IMG/VR virus record: IMGVR_UViG_3300038314_001026
Coordinates: 1-38,934 of that record
Source: a virus
Lineage: Duplodnaviria > Caudoviricetes
Direction: 5' to 3' (one strand)
Length of the DNA: 38,934 nt
Part shown: positions 1 through 11,114 of the stretch, one piece after another
Position numbering within the stretch: position 1 is the stretch's first letter
Layout of the letters: each line of letters begins with the position of its first letter
Notes under the pieces: model-generated
What the model was told of the DNA's origin: nothing
Seen by the model: only the letters and a program-made list of their open reading frames with translations
Databases searched by the model: none
Translations under genes and position numbers: made by a program

Positions 1-104
1 AGAACAACAGTCGTGGTTGAACTCGGACAAGTATATAATGTTTCCCAGCTACCAGCACTTGTAGGCATAGCAGTATTTGATTTAACTTTAAAAGTATTAG
101 CCAT
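1..104 (-). CDS. Tail-associated protein, N-terminal part (runs off the left edge)
   Basis: ATG at 104 preceded by AAGGAGG; reads MANTFKVKSNTAMPTSAGSWETLYTCPSSTTTVV; directly follows the tail fibre gene. Confidence 0.7.
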   Translation of the reverse strand, partial: MANTFKVKSNTAMPTSAGSWETLYTCPSSTTTVV

Positions 105-145
105 TAGACCTCCTTAAATTGTTATATCTATTTTTCAACGCACAC

Positions 146-2401
146 CTATAACGCTATCGCTAGAGCTGTTGCTGTCGCCTCTGTTACTGGACCTGTTGGT
201 CCTGTTGGTCCTGTTGGTCCTGTAGCTCCAGTCGCTCCAGTCGCTCCAGTCGCTCCAGTCGCTCCAGTCGAACCAGTTGGACCTGTAGGTCCTGTTGGAC
301 CAGCCACACTACTTTCTGATGCTTGAACAAAGGATACCCCTATTTCATCAGCATTAGAAAATGTACTGTTACTTGCTACATGAGCTACATTGATTTTTGT
401 ATAGCCACTTGCTGAAGTATTCGCAGCATCTATTGTAAAATGTGCAAATTTTGTGCTGTCTGTTAGCTTAAATATTCTTAATCTACCCTTATTGTCAGCA
501 GCTCCTACATCATCTAGGGCATTAATCCACGCTGTTATATCTACGGTATCAATGTTTTCATCATTAATAAAAATCTTATCAACACTAGCTACAGTTCCGT
601 GATTGTATCTTAAGTTTCCACTTGATGGGTCGGAATCAGTTGTTGTTGTGCTGAATCTGTATTTAACAGTATCTCCACCAAAGCCAGTTGTCGCTCCAGC
701 TGGTCCAGTAGGACCTGTCGGACCAGTAGGACCTGTAGGTCCTGTTGGACCTGTCGGACCAGTTGAGCCAGTAGTTCCCTTATCGCCTTGCCTTGTAAAG
801 TGTATTGATAAACTATCACCAGCAGAAAAAGTATTACTCGATGCTAAATGCGTAACCGATAATGTATTAAAGCCCGATCCATCCGTAGAAGAACCTGTAA
901 TTGAAAATCTTGCGTATGTTGTAATATCATCAATATCACTAATATGTAAATACCCCTTTATTGTAGATGTACTATCATCCCAAGTTAAAACATCTGTTAC
1001 AGTATTGACTGAATTTTGATCTACATCATCTATATAAATAGCTGTTGCCGAAGCATAAGTACCATTATTAAAAGCAATTTCCCCTGCCCCTGGATCAACT
1101 GCACTTGTTCCTGTGTCAAATTTATAAAAATAACCTGGTGAAACTCCTGCATCACCATTTCTAGTAAAGTGAACTGAAAGTTCATCTGCTGCTGAAAAAG
1201 TATTATTGGATGCTAAATGAACAACTGTAATTTTATTATAACCCGAAGCATCTGTAACCGCAGCAGTAATTTTAAATCTTGCATACGTTGTGATGTCATT
1301 CATATCAGTAATATGAAGAAAACCTTTTACAGTTTCATTTGAATCCCCCCAAGTTGCTGTATCTGCCTGTGTTGAACCTCCATCAGCATCAGCATCATCA
1401 ATAAAGATTGTTGTTACAGAAGCATATGTGCCGTGATTAAAAGCTATATCACCTGCCCCTGGGTCAGTATCACTCGTTCCTGTATCAAACGTATATCTAT
1501 ATCCTGGGATTGCTCCATCTTCACCACTTGCAGTAAAAGAAAGAAATACTTTATCGTCAGCCGCTAAACTTCCAGCACCATCAATATAAACAAAAGTAAT
1601 TTTTGTATAGCCACTAGCATCTGTTACAGCAGCCGAAACTTTTAAAGAGTGCCAAACTCCTAAATCATTTGCCTTGCTAACTCTAATTCTTCCTCGATTA
1701 GTTGCATTGCCAGAAACATCATCAAAACTTTGTACCCACGCTGAAACGTCAGTCGCATTGTAATCCAAATCGTCTACATACATAATTGTTGCAGACGAAA
1801 TCGTTGCGTGATTGAAACGTAGATAGCCCCCACCAGGGTCACTATCAGTCGTTGTTGTTGAATATTGGAATAAAGCAGAATCTCCACCTTTAGGAAGAAA
1901 ATCTGCTATAATTGTTAAATCACCATCATCATCAAAACCTAATGCTTTATTTGCCCGGTCAGCTGCAATTGCCTCTAGGTCAACTGTTCCAGAATTTGAT
2001 TGAGAAATTTTAAAAGACCTGTCAAGTTGCTCTTGTTGTTGTTGGTCCTTTAAAATTGCTTTATCTATTGCATCTTCATGAGCGGACGCAGGAAATGCAT
2101 CACCATCTACATAGTCTGCATCTTGCGAAAGCGCCATGACACGCACGATTGTTACATTATGTGTTGTTGGGAGGTTATTATTGAGTGTGACTGTTGCACT
2201 TCCGTAACCTGCAGCCACTGAGACCGAATAGTCATAGGTGCCGCTGCCGTCCTTCGTCTGTAATGTTTCAACGCCTGTTGCTATTACTGTTGTATAGACC
2301 TTTAGGTCAGTTCCCGTGAATACCTTTTCATTGAAAGCATAGGCAGTCGTGCTGCCATTACCCGTGAATTGTACCTTTCCGTCGCCTGCAGATACTGTCA
2401 T
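146..2401 (-). CDS. Tail fibre protein with N-terminal anchor, four ~123-aa repeats and two collagen-like segments
   Basis: N-terminus ([12 protein letters not shown]...HEDAIDK...QQQQE) resembles podovirus fibre anchors; Thr/Ser/Gly/Asp-rich; GPT/GAT triplets; follows the ejection genes. Confidence 0.85.
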   Translation of the reverse strand: MTVSAGDGKVQFTGNGSTTAYAFNEKVFTGTDLKVYTTVIATGVETLQTKDGSGTYDYSVSVAAGYGSATVTLNNNLPTTHNVTIVRVMALSQDADYVDGDAFPASAHEDAIDKAILKDQQQQEQLDRSFKISQSNSGTVDLEAIAADRANKALGFDDDGDLTIIADFLPKGGDSALFQYSTTTTDSDPGGGYLRFNHATISSATIMYVDDLDYNATDVSAWVQSFDDVSGNATNRGRIRVSKANDLGVWHSLKVSAAVTDASGYTKITFVYIDGAGSLAADDKVFLSFTASGEDGAIPGYRYTFDTGTSDTDPGAGDIAFNHGTYASVTTIFIDDADADGGSTQADTATWGDSNETVKGFLHITDMNDITTYARFKITAAVTDASGYNKITVVHLASNNTFSAADELSVHFTRNGDAGVSPGYFYKFDTGTSAVDPGAGEIAFNNGTYASATAIYIDDVDQNSVNTVTDVLTWDDSTSTIKGYLHISDIDDITTYARFSITGSSTDGSGFNTLSVTHLASSNTFSAGDSLSIHFTRQGDKGTTGSTGPTGPTGPTGPTGPTGPTGPAGATTGFGGDTVKYRFSTTTTDSDPSSGNLRYNHGTVASVDKIFINDENIDTVDITAWINALDDVGAADNKGRLRIFKLTDSTKFAHFTIDAANTSASGYTKINVAHVASNSTFSNADEIGVSFVQASESSVAGPTGPTGPTGSTGATGATGATGATGATGPTGPTGPTGPVTEATATALAIAL
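186..305 (-). repeat. Collagen-like Gly-X-Thr coding repeat (9-bp units)
   Basis: Repeated gtcgctcca and ggtcctgtt units encode [38 protein letters not shown]. Confidence 0.9.
693..786 (-). repeat. Second collagen-like Gly-Pro-Thr coding repeat
   Basis: Encodes [33 protein letters not shown]. Confidence 0.9.
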
Positions 2402-5037
2402 AAGTTAGTTATCTCCTCAATTAAATTACCACCCGCTGTAAATGGATCTGTGCCACCCCTAGGTATAACACGACTTGGTGGTAAATAAAACCTTTGATTG
2501 CTCTTTTTGCGTATTCTGTTTTCCATTCGCTTGATATATCCGGGGTTCGAGAGCTCTTGTATGTTATATAATATCAGGTAGTCTATGATCATCTTCGTAT
2601 AGAATAGGTTAATAAACGGGGTGTTGGTCATCATGATCTTTCCAAGCTGTGCCGCCATGTTTGATGCCTCTGATTCTCCACGAATCGCCTTGCTGAATAT
2701 TGCCGCCACGTCTCCTAATTGTCCGAAGGAAGGTCCTGCCGCCGTCTTCAGCCATCCGCCACCAAACCTGTTGTACTCTCCAAAAAGGAAATCCCCATAG
2801 ATTCCTAGTCCTCCGCCCTGTGTCATTGCCGCCAATAAGACCTTGACATTATGTGTATAGTCGTTATTAAATACCCTAGGGATCCTTCCCTTTAAGATAT
2901 CCTTTGCCGCCATGGAGACATACCCCAAGACTGTTGTAGATACAATGAATTGCACAAGCCCAAAATAATCTGCCTTTCCCTTTCCATAAAGCTCTCTGCC
3001 GATTGCCCTTCTTGTCACCGTAAGCGGGAATGACTTGAACTGCCATAGAAGCCTTAGGGCAGATCCTAGATATGTCCCTGGACTTGTCCCTAGGTGCTGG
3101 AATGCCCTCTCCCATGCGCCAGGCATTGGGATGGCAAAGTCAGCACGGTCAACAAAGTAAGAGCCAATTGAAAGCTGTAGATCTTGCCGTGTCCTCTTTA
3201 TCCTTGACTGAGAGACCTTCATTGAAGGCACTCTTTCTTTTCTCTTGACATAGCTTATGATGACATCATCGCTAATGTCACTCATTGCCTCTGCCGTGAT
3301 GTATGTCCTTCTAGATTGCCCGTGTGTCCATGTCGCCTTCCTGATGACATCCCACTCAAGGTCCTCTATTCCAAACAATGTCAGTATTCTTTTTGTGTCT
3401 GCATCAAGGCTTTTAAATGGAAGGTTTTTTTGCTTCGCAAGATTGAATGACATTGTCTGTGCCATTCCCGCCCTGTGCGAGTCATTCCACCAATTCATTA
3501 GGTTCCATTTAAAAAACTTTTGTGATGCCTTTGCAAGCATTCCTGGCATCTGGTCAATGGTTGACCACCTGTTGATCATGTGTCCAATTTGCCCGTCTAA
3601 TCCTACGGCTACCATCTGCGAGACAAGTCGCCGTTCACTTTTAGGGGCACCTCTTCCTTTTCCAAGATCAGCAAATACCTTTCCCCACCTGTTAAAGAAA
3701 CCAAATCCTTGGTAGCTCAGCTCTGACGCCTTATTGGCAATGTCAACGAAAGAGGAGATTGTTGCCCCTCCTAGTTTTGACATGTTCTCTATCGCCATCA
3801 CGCCTCCTACAATATTTGCCATCTTTACGCTGTCAGGTATTCTTGCAGTCCCATCCACCTCTGAAAAAAGATTCCATAAGAATGTCTGGTTACTTTTTAA
3901 CGACCTGTTTAGCTTGTTGATTTTAGAATCCAACTTATCTGCCTCTTTTGCAGGAAGTGTCTTCTGCAATTTTCTCATCGCCGCTATCTCTTCCTTAATG
4001 ATTGTCCTTAGCATTGCCTCTGGATTTGTCCCTAGGTTTTTCATCAAGACAGTCGCCTTTGCCATGTGGTCAAGTCCAGACATTATATTCTCTTGCAGGC
4101 TTTTTGTCCCGAACTCTGTATTGTATTCCATGAAAGATTTTCCATCTTTAAAGTGAAGCAACCTATGCTGGCTGATTCTCTTTGCCATGTTTCCAGGCAT
4201 TCCAAGATGGGTGATAGGATCAAACTCATTAAAGCCATCACTATATTTCATGTGCACGCCTGTCTTCAATGCACTCCACACTGACCTAAAGAATTCCTTT
4301 TGGTCAGCGGCAGCAATATGGCCTGCCGTCTTATCAATGTCTAGTCGTGTAACAATGAACTTATACCATGCCTCAAATCCTGCACGCCTGATCTTCAGCA
4401 TGTTATGTGTCTGGCGCATGATGTAGCCAGGCAATCTTGAGATCCATGCACCAGCAAGATTTGCGTCATCTACCGCGGCAACCTGTATCTGATGAATAAT
4501 CTTTGCAATATTCCTTGCATTTTTATTACGGGTTATCCCTGGCTTTCCTCCAGGCTTCAGCTCAAATAGCTCCTCCATAACCTGTCGTTCTATCTTTCCC
4601 TTAATAAAGACCTCCCAAAGGTCTTGCTCCTCTAGCAATCTCATCATTCTTTTCTGGTAAAGGTCACCTAAGAATTTTTGCTGAACATCAATGCTTTTTC
4701 TTGCCCCTTTAACAAATCTCATTGCTCCTCCAAGAAATGCCTTAATTCCAACGTCTTTGTCATTAAAGTTTGCAAGATATTCTTTTGCCTTTAACTTTGC
4801 AATCTGGTTCAACACCCTTGAACGCTGCTTTACAGCTGTTGCAAATTCCTCTGCATTTGCAGTGTCCTTAATGTATTTCATAACCTCAGTATCCATGTCT
4901 GTGATCTTGCCTTGCGCCTTCTTTGTCTTGATGAAGTCAGCAACATCATCCATTAACTTTTCTGCCTCACTATCAGTAATCTTGTTCTCTGTCGCGTTAA
5001 CTACCTTCTTAATGCAATCTAAATATCTACTTGCCAT
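2398..5037 (-). CDS. Internal virion (DNA ejection) protein
   Basis: Probable start ATG 5037 (TAATG overlap with upstream stop); long helical protein with GYIMRQTH and QFKSFP motifs and Gly-rich hydrophobic C-terminal segments; last core-protein position before the fibre. Confidence 0.7.
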   Translation of the reverse strand: MASRYLDCIKKVVNATENKITDSEAEKLMDDVADFIKTKKAQGKITDMDTEVMKYIKDTANAEEFATAVKQRSRVLNQIAKLKAKEYLANFNDKDVGIKAFLGGAMRFVKGARKSIDVQQKFLGDLYQKRMMRLLEEQDLWEVFIKGKIERQVMEELFELKPGGKPGITRNKNARNIAKIIHQIQVAAVDDANLAGAWISRLPGYIMRQTHNMLKIRRAGFEAWYKFIVTRLDIDKTAGHIAAADQKEFFRSVWSALKTGVHMKYSDGFNEFDPITHLGMPGNMAKRISQHRLLHFKDGKSFMEYNTEFGTKSLQENIMSGLDHMAKATVLMKNLGTNPEAMLRTIIKEEIAAMRKLQKTLPAKEADKLDSKINKLNRSLKSNQTFLWNLFSEVDGTARIPDSVKMANIVGGVMAIENMSKLGGATISSFVDIANKASELSYQGFGFFNRWGKVFADLGKGRGAPKSERRLVSQMVAVGLDGQIGHMINRWSTIDQMPGMLAKASQKFFKWNLMNWWNDSHRAGMAQTMSFNLAKQKNLPFKSLDADTKRILTLFGIEDLEWDVIRKATWTHGQSRRTYITAEAMSDISDDVIISYVKRKERVPSMKVSQSRIKRTRQDLQLSIGSYFVDRADFAIPMPGAWERAFQHLGTSPGTYLGSALRLLWQFKSFPLTVTRRAIGRELYGKGKADYFGLVQFIVSTTVLGYVSMAAKDILKGRIPRVFNNDYTHNVKVLLAAMTQGGGLGIYGDFLFGEYNRFGGGWLKTAAGPSFGQLGDVAAIFSKAIRGESEASNMAAQLGKIMMTNTPFINLFYTKMIIDYLILYNIQELSNPGYIKRMENRIRKKSNQRFYLPPSRVIPRGGTDPFTAGGNLIEEITNL

Positions 5038-8000
5038 TATATCTTTCCTATCATGCAATTTGCTGCGGCTGACAATCCTTTTTTCAACCACTCAACCTTT
5101 GACTTTGACTCTTTTATTATAAGCTTTGCATCTGCAATCTCTGCGTTAATCTTCTTATTGTTAAGTGAGCCACCTAGCTCAAATATTTCTTCAATCTCTT
5201 TTTCCACATTTTTAAGTGCATGCCCCTCAGGGTCTGCCTCAACCTTTAATGTCTCCTCTACCTTGCTTAATTTCGTATCGTCAGCAGTCAGCTTTGTCTC
5301 TGCCGTCACATTACTTTTTACATTCTTATGGTAATGCTGAGAGCTTGCAAGGACCTCACTTGGCATCACACCTTCCATTGCATCAGGGTCTCCTTTTTTA
5401 GGTCTTGCCTCTACATATATGTGCAGCCATTTTTTATCTTTTCCTCCAAATATTCTAGTCTTCACATCTTTCCAATATGCATGCTTTATTACCCATGTGT
5501 TAGGAGGAAGCAATATCTCAAGCTCATAAGGAAACAGGTCATCACCACTTGCGCCTGCAAAGATGACAGACTGGTTTTTCTTAATGTTATAGTGAATCAC
5601 CATGTTTTTATCTGGGGAACCTTTCATCCAATGAAGCGCCTTTAGTTCAGTGATGCTTGTTGACTGATATCCATCATCTAAAAATTGTTTTCCTATAATT
5701 AAATCTATATCAGTCTCTTTCCCTATCCCACCTGGCATGTCATCAAATACCAGATGATGTGCACCTGTCTTTCGGTGCACTTGTGTGGCAATTTGTACAC
5801 CAAATTTATCTTCTAATTTTTTAAATATATCATACCATGCCCTATATTTTGACACATCTTGCTTGCTAAATTTTACTGTGTCTCCTATGGCCTGTTTAGA
5901 AGTAGTTTTTACTGGAACATCTCCTTCAGGTCTTCCTGCTCTTAGCCAATTGTTGAAGGATACTAAGGCTCCATGCTGATAGTCTTTCAATACTTTCTTC
6001 TCATTATATGTTAAATGCTTTAGTGCTAACTTTATTTGCTTTGCAAGCCATTTTTCAGCCTCATTCGAGCTATGAAATGCCTGGTATTTTGGCTTGTTCT
6101 TCAACATCTCGTCCATTGCCTTTTGTGCTACAGTATTAATGCCAGGTTGTAATGTATACTTAAGAGCGTGCGGGTCTACCTCCGTAGACTTTACAAGGGC
6201 ATTTCTCTCTAGTATAGCCTCATTTAATCTTCCTTGCAATTTTGTAAATGCCTCAGCGAGCTTCTTTTCCTCATCACTCATCTTTGCTGGCTTAGGCTTA
6301 TACTCAACTCCTTTTTCCTGAGCCTTTAAAAATGCTGGGATGTCTAATAATTCTTCTGGTAATTCTTGTTGTTTCTTTTTTATCTGAATAATCCTACGTT
6401 GAAGCTCTTTAATTTCCTTGTCTAATATTATTTTTTTTCCATTTTGTTCTGGAGTTAATACCTTTGTTAAAAATTTTGACTTACCAAGCCATGCAGGAAA
6501 CTTTAGATAATCTCCATGGGCCTGGTTGTCTTTTATCTTAAGGTCCATCCTTCTGCCAAGCAACAGTGAGATCATCTTGTTAATTGACGATATTTCACTA
6601 GCATATCTAGGATCTGCAAATTGCTTCAGGGCCTCTCCAAGCAATATGATTGTATTGTCGTCAAGCGTGTAGAGCTTTGCAATTCCTGCCTGTATGTTTG
6701 CCTCATCTAGAAGCCGTACAATGGCATGGTGAGAACGCCCCTTGTCAAGCAACGTCACGATCTCTTTAAAGTTATCCCCAAAATCTGAATTAAGTTTTTT
6801 CTGTCCTTTTGCCCTGAACAGCAGGCTTCCGCCATGGTCAATGCTGATAATTTCCCCGTTCTTTATGATTAGGTTTCCGGGGGCCGCAAAGTCCCAATTT
6901 CCTAGCCAGGCATGAATGACGTAGTCATCTGCAAACCTGTCAAACGCGTCAGGATTAGTTGACTTAATCTTCTTGATCTTGTCAAGTGTTGCAACCTCTG
7001 CGCCTTGCACCCACTTAGAGGCAACGCCTATGACCTTTCCCTTTGAGTGGACAATCCGTACCTCAGGGACATTTCCTTTTAAAATCTTTAAGATCCAGCC
7101 AGCCAGCATCTCATTGACAGCCCACTCAGATCCTATGTTCTTGACATACCACGTTGTCCCGTCAGGGGTGGAATACATCCCTCCCTTGTTTGATCCTAGC
7201 TGTTTTGAGCTTACAACATCCATCTGGTCTAGGTCAAGTGCATGGTCTTGCTGGTTGAATTTTACCCCGCCGCCATCCTCTGTATGACCTATCGTAGGTC
7301 CTGCATCATCTGCCTCTACATCTTTCTGTGGCTTATATTCTATCTGTCTTGAAGGAGGAATCTTTCCTGTTGCCAATGTCTCATATTCCTCTTTTAACAG
7401 CCTAGCTGCCTCTACATCATCTAAAATTTTTCCCTCAGGGGCTGACTTTGCAATGTTCCTTGCCGCCTGAATAATGGTGCTGACATCAATGTCTTTTCCT
7501 GCCGCTACCTGTCCAGCCGCAACCTTCAATGCCGCCTCATGCCTCTTGTGAGAGATGCCTCTCATCCAGTCAGCACCTCTTCCTCCAACAATATGAAGTC
7601 CTCCTCCTAAGACACTTCCAAATGATACGTTCATTAGAGAGTGCCACAAGGAATAATCAGCCTGTTCGTGGAAAAGTTGCGCTGCCGTAGGAACCTCAAA
7701 TGCAGTTGTAAAGATGGCCCCAGCCTTAAATCCCCTCCAAAATCTTGCACTTGTTAATCCTACACGTCCTACATTCGCTAAAAATGAAAGCTGTCCTCCT
7801 ATAGGGATGAACATTGCGCCAATGTTTGCAGGGTCCCATAATGCTGAGCCCATGCCTACGCCGATCATCCCGGCATTTTTCCAAAATCCATGCGCCCTAT
7901 TATAGACATCCTGGTATTTCATCTCAGCAATCTTACGCTCATGCAGCACCTGAGCCTCAGCAATGCTGACGTCATTGGTGAAGTTCAGCCTGCCATGCAA

Positions 8001-8327
8001 GCCATATTTTTCATTTGCCTCCTCTGCAGGAATAATATCTCCTGATGATTCCTCTGTCTCTCCTGAAATCTCATTATAGTAGCCATCTGGATATATGCTT
8101 TCCTTGTCTTTAAAGTCTTGCTCCCACCAACGTGCGACAGTTGACTCTGATTCCTCACTTCCAACAATGTCTCCCCATGATGTCAGCCTGTATCGTTCAA
8201 AATAATCAATAGTTGCCCATTTTGCTCCAAGACCTTTTTTCTCATGTTTCCAAGGCGCCTCAATGAAGTCATGCCCCGTCATATATGTGAAGGGGTTATC
8301 GTATGTTTTTGGCAGTTGCAGTTTCAT
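5037..8327 (-). CDS. Internal virion/ejection protein with inserted HipA/PI3K-like kinase and ADP-ribosyltransferase domains
   Basis: Lies in the ejection-protein block; Gly-rich hydrophobic N-terminal part; kinase motifs GSNKGG..YVK, NE, NWD...GN, IDHG; ART motifs VHR, YQSTS, ELEILL. Confidence 0.75.
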   Translation of the reverse strand: MKLQLPKTYDNPFTYMTGHDFIEAPWKHEKKGLGAKWATIDYFERYRLTSWGDIVGSEESESTVARWWEQDFKDKESIYPDGYYNEISGETEESSGDIIPAEEANEKYGLHGRLNFTNDVSIAEAQVLHERKIAEMKYQDVYNRAHGFWKNAGMIGVGMGSALWDPANIGAMFIPIGGQLSFLANVGRVGLTSARFWRGFKAGAIFTTAFEVPTAAQLFHEQADYSLWHSLMNVSFGSVLGGGLHIVGGRGADWMRGISHKRHEAALKVAAGQVAAGKDIDVSTIIQAARNIAKSAPEGKILDDVEAARLLKEEYETLATGKIPPSRQIEYKPQKDVEADDAGPTIGHTEDGGGVKFNQQDHALDLDQMDVVSSKQLGSNKGGMYSTPDGTTWYVKNIGSEWAVNEMLAGWILKILKGNVPEVRIVHSKGKVIGVASKWVQGAEVATLDKIKKIKSTNPDAFDRFADDYVIHAWLGNWDFAAPGNLIIKNGEIISIDHGGSLLFRAKGQKKLNSDFGDNFKEIVTLLDKGRSHHAIVRLLDEANIQAGIAKLYTLDDNTIILLGEALKQFADPRYASEISSINKMISLLLGRRMDLKIKDNQAHGDYLKFPAWLGKSKFLTKVLTPEQNGKKIILDKEIKELQRRIIQIKKKQQELPEELLDIPAFLKAQEKGVEYKPKPAKMSDEEKKLAEAFTKLQGRLNEAILERNALVKSTEVDPHALKYTLQPGINTVAQKAMDEMLKNKPKYQAFHSSNEAEKWLAKQIKLALKHLTYNEKKVLKDYQHGALVSFNNWLRAGRPEGDVPVKTTSKQAIGDTVKFSKQDVSKYRAWYDIFKKLEDKFGVQIATQVHRKTGAHHLVFDDMPGGIGKETDIDLIIGKQFLDDGYQSTSITELKALHWMKGSPDKNMVIHYNIKKNQSVIFAGASGDDLFPYELEILLPPNTWVIKHAYWKDVKTRIFGGKDKKWLHIYVEARPKKGDPDAMEGVMPSEVLASSQHYHKNVKSNVTAETKLTADDTKLSKVEETLKVEADPEGHALKNVEKEIEEIFELGGSLNNKKINAEIADAKLIIKESKSKVEWLKKGLSAAANCMIGKI

Positions 8328-8328
8328 T

Positions 8329-10644
8329 TTAATAGCCTATGATGGCATCATCACTACCCTGTGTAAGAAGCAGTAACATTTTACCCATAAAATTATTTTT
8401 ATTAGAATCTCCTGGACTCCAGTGGGCAAAGCTTATTTGCTCCCATGTATAGATAATAGGCTTTCCATCTTTTGTGACAGCCCTGATAGAGTCAGGATAA
8501 GGAGAGTTAAAGTTATAGATAAGCTCAACTCCTAGCCCGTCTGCAGTATTGCGCCATGCCCATGTTGAGGGGATGTTTTGCGCATCTTCTCTATAATCTG
8601 GTAAATCACTTATGTTAGGATCAACAGAATCTAAAGGCACCACGTCATACCAGCTAACATTATCAGGCTCTAGCATCATGTTTAAGACGCTATTTATCTT
8701 TGCAAGATCTTTTTTGCTTGCGCCAATCCACTTGTTCTTTCCGTCAACCATTATCTTAACAGGGATCAAGACCTTAGAAGGTCCATCAGATATTGTAAAC
8801 TTGCTTGCAAAATGGTCATCAATCACACCTTTCATTGCTGCATCTAGGTCATCATAGTTTCCTGACGCAAGCATCAGCTTAGCGCGTTTTATCAGCAAGC
8901 CTTGTATGGAGTTGACAAACTCTAAACGTTCAGGGGCATTGATTGTCAGTGCCTCTCGCCATTCCTCAAAAGGTTTTAGTGCTGTTTCTATATTTTTAGA
9001 AGCTGCTGCAATATGCTCAATTCCATCATCAAGCGTCTTAGAATCCATGTTCACCGCCTTCCACAGCTCGTGGAATTCAGGTTCATCAAGCCACATCAAT
9101 GCCGCAGCATGAGACTGGCTTAATTTTCCACCAATAATAACCTGGCTTAATCGCTCATCTGCCCACTCACCAACCTTTGCCCTCTCCTGTGTCATGTATG
9201 CCTTGACAAATCCAGGGTCAGAATTTGTCAATGCCTTGATCATGTCGTTTTCTTCTTGATTAGTCATGTACTTAATATTTGTAATCCCCATTGATTTTTG
9301 AAGATTTATAACCTTGTCAAGGGCAATCTTATATTCCGCATTTGCATTAAAGCCCTCCTCAATGTCCTTGTCGTCAACCTCAAGTCCTGCATATGCATTT
9401 GCTAGATTTTTATCATTTGATAAGATGTATTCTACAGGGTTAGCATCGCGCCGTTGTGAAATTTCATTTGCTGCCTCTATAGTTCCTCTATAGATGGCAG
9501 CATCTTCATTGTATTTTCTAGGCTTATCTTTATATTTAGGATCATTTTTATCAGGCGGCTCCAAGGTATTTATCATGTCTGTAAGAGCTTTATCTGAATA
9601 CCATGTCATTAGTTGATTATTTGCATAAATTCCCTTTCCTACAACTACAGAGGAAGCATAATTATTATATTTTACTGTTGCTTTTTCTATCCCATCTTTT
9701 GTTCCGTCTGACAATAATGTAAAATGGCTAAGAGTTAGTGGGCTAAGTTCATGTCCATGACGGGCAATATTACTTAAATTAGCCTGCACAGATTGATTAA
9801 GGTTCTCTAAGGCTAATGCACTTACCTTTTCTTTATGTGAGGTTGCCCTGTTGAGAAGCTGTATTAATGTATCTTCATTTACCTTGTCATCAAATATTCC
9901 AGATTTAATCCAGTTAATTGCAAGGTCTATTTTTTCTTTTTCATTAGAATCAATCAATCCCTCTAATGCATTAGAGATGATCTTATTATTGGCAGAGTCT
10001 CTTATTGTTTCAATCATCTTAGGAGGAAGCATCCTAAGGTAGTCTTTTGGCTCATCTTCTGGGTCATAGACGCCATCTAGCATTCCTGTTATAGAGCCAA
10101 GGTGCATCTCCCACTCAAGAGGATTTTTATAGGAAAGCATTGCCGTCTTGTTAATTGCGATAGCCATCTCACTGCTCAGGTGTGAATACCGTGTCTCGGT
10201 CTGGTAGCTTAAAAAGCTGTTGACTGCAGCTGGACGCCATGCCTCTATCTTTACGGCAAGCGCATCCCTAGCTTCATCATTAGGGGCGTTCGCCAATAGC
10301 TCATCTTTTATCTTGTTAAATTCATTCTCTGCAAATTCTGTAAATCCTGCCCCAGAAGGATCGTCATACGTCTCTTGCCATCCACTTTCTTGCTCTGCCA
10401 CCTGGGTCTTGAAATCAGCAATATTTGTTGTCACCCACAATAGGTTGTCTTCTTTATTCCTTTTTTCCTTGATCTTTTCTATCTGTTCAACTGACGCTGA
10501 AGCCTGCTCCATTCCCTTTGCAAAGTTTTGTATGCCTATATTTGACAGGTTTTGAATCTCTGCGTCAGAAAGAGAGCGAATAGGTGTAGGCCGTATCTCT
10601 GTACCTTGCCTTGTTAAATCTCTATATGTTGGTACCTTAACCAT
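8329..10644 (-). CDS. Internal virion protein
   Basis: 771-aa acidic helical ORF starting MVKVPTY, in the core-protein block, translationally coupled to neighbours. Confidence 0.65.
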   Translation of the reverse strand: MVKVPTYRDLTRQGTEIRPTPIRSLSDAEIQNLSNIGIQNFAKGMEQASASVEQIEKIKEKRNKEDNLLWVTTNIADFKTQVAEQESGWQETYDDPSGAGFTEFAENEFNKIKDELLANAPNDEARDALAVKIEAWRPAAVNSFLSYQTETRYSHLSSEMAIAINKTAMLSYKNPLEWEMHLGSITGMLDGVYDPEDEPKDYLRMLPPKMIETIRDSANNKIISNALEGLIDSNEKEKIDLAINWIKSGIFDDKVNEDTLIQLLNRATSHKEKVSALALENLNQSVQANLSNIARHGHELSPLTLSHFTLLSDGTKDGIEKATVKYNNYASSVVVGKGIYANNQLMTWYSDKALTDMINTLEPPDKNDPKYKDKPRKYNEDAAIYRGTIEAANEISQRRDANPVEYILSNDKNLANAYAGLEVDDKDIEEGFNANAEYKIALDKVINLQKSMGITNIKYMTNQEENDMIKALTNSDPGFVKAYMTQERAKVGEWADERLSQVIIGGKLSQSHAAALMWLDEPEFHELWKAVNMDSKTLDDGIEHIAAASKNIETALKPFEEWREALTINAPERLEFVNSIQGLLIKRAKLMLASGNYDDLDAAMKGVIDDHFASKFTISDGPSKVLIPVKIMVDGKNKWIGASKKDLAKINSVLNMMLEPDNVSWYDVVPLDSVDPNISDLPDYREDAQNIPSTWAWRNTADGLGVELIYNFNSPYPDSIRAVTKDGKPIIYTWEQISFAHWSPGDSNKNNFMGKMLLLLTQGSDDAIIGY

Positions 10645-11114
10645 TAGGTATATCCCATTGCATAGCCAGTTTGCATAGTTTGAGAGGCACCGCCAAGTAT
10701 CGTGCCAAACGCCTGCATCTTTCCTCTTAGGTTTGCGGCACGCCCCTTGAGCAATGAAACCTCTGCCTCTGTCTTATATCCTCTTGCCTTCATTGCAGCA
10801 TTATACTCCATTGTCGCCTCATCTTGCGCCGCAAGAATCATTGTATCCTCATCTAGGTCATGAGGGGTGAATTGCAGCGAGACGCCTGCCTTTGTAAACA
10901 AGACCCTTTGCGTGCCTTGTATCTTTCTTAAATTTTGGCGATGAACATACTTTTTCCATTCCAGCGCCTCCATCTCAGCAGATGCATTTCCTTGTTGAAC
11001 AGCGGCGTTATACTCATACATCTTCTTCTGAGCCTTGCCCTGTGCATAGGAGCCATAGGCAGATATTGCCGTAGCTCCACCCATTAAGGCCATTGCTACA
11101 ACAGCTTTACTCAT
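10644..11114 (-). CDS. Small internal virion protein (T7 gp14-like position)
   Basis: Ala/Gly-rich hydrophobic N-terminus, YNAAV, AGV motif, C-terminal GTILGGAS; position after the GNAT gene. Confidence 0.65.
   Translation of the reverse strand: MSKAVVAMALMGGATAISAYGSYAQGKAQKKMYEYNAAVQQGNASAEMEALEWKKYVHRQNLRKIQGTQRVLFTKAGVSLQFTPHDLDEDTMILAAQDEATMEYNAAMKARGYKTEAEVSLLKGRAANLRGKMQAFGTILGGASQTMQTGYAMGYT

Noticed and set aside
186-786. Short tandem repeats as a CRISPR array or satellite
   Set aside because: The 9-bp units are in-frame collagen Gly-X-Thr codons with no unique spacers.
770-1501. Near-duplicate tail fibre segments as a DGR template/variable pair (BPP-1-like head genes)
   Set aside because: Both copies are in-frame coding modules, the differences are not confined to adenines, and no reverse transcriptase is in the window.
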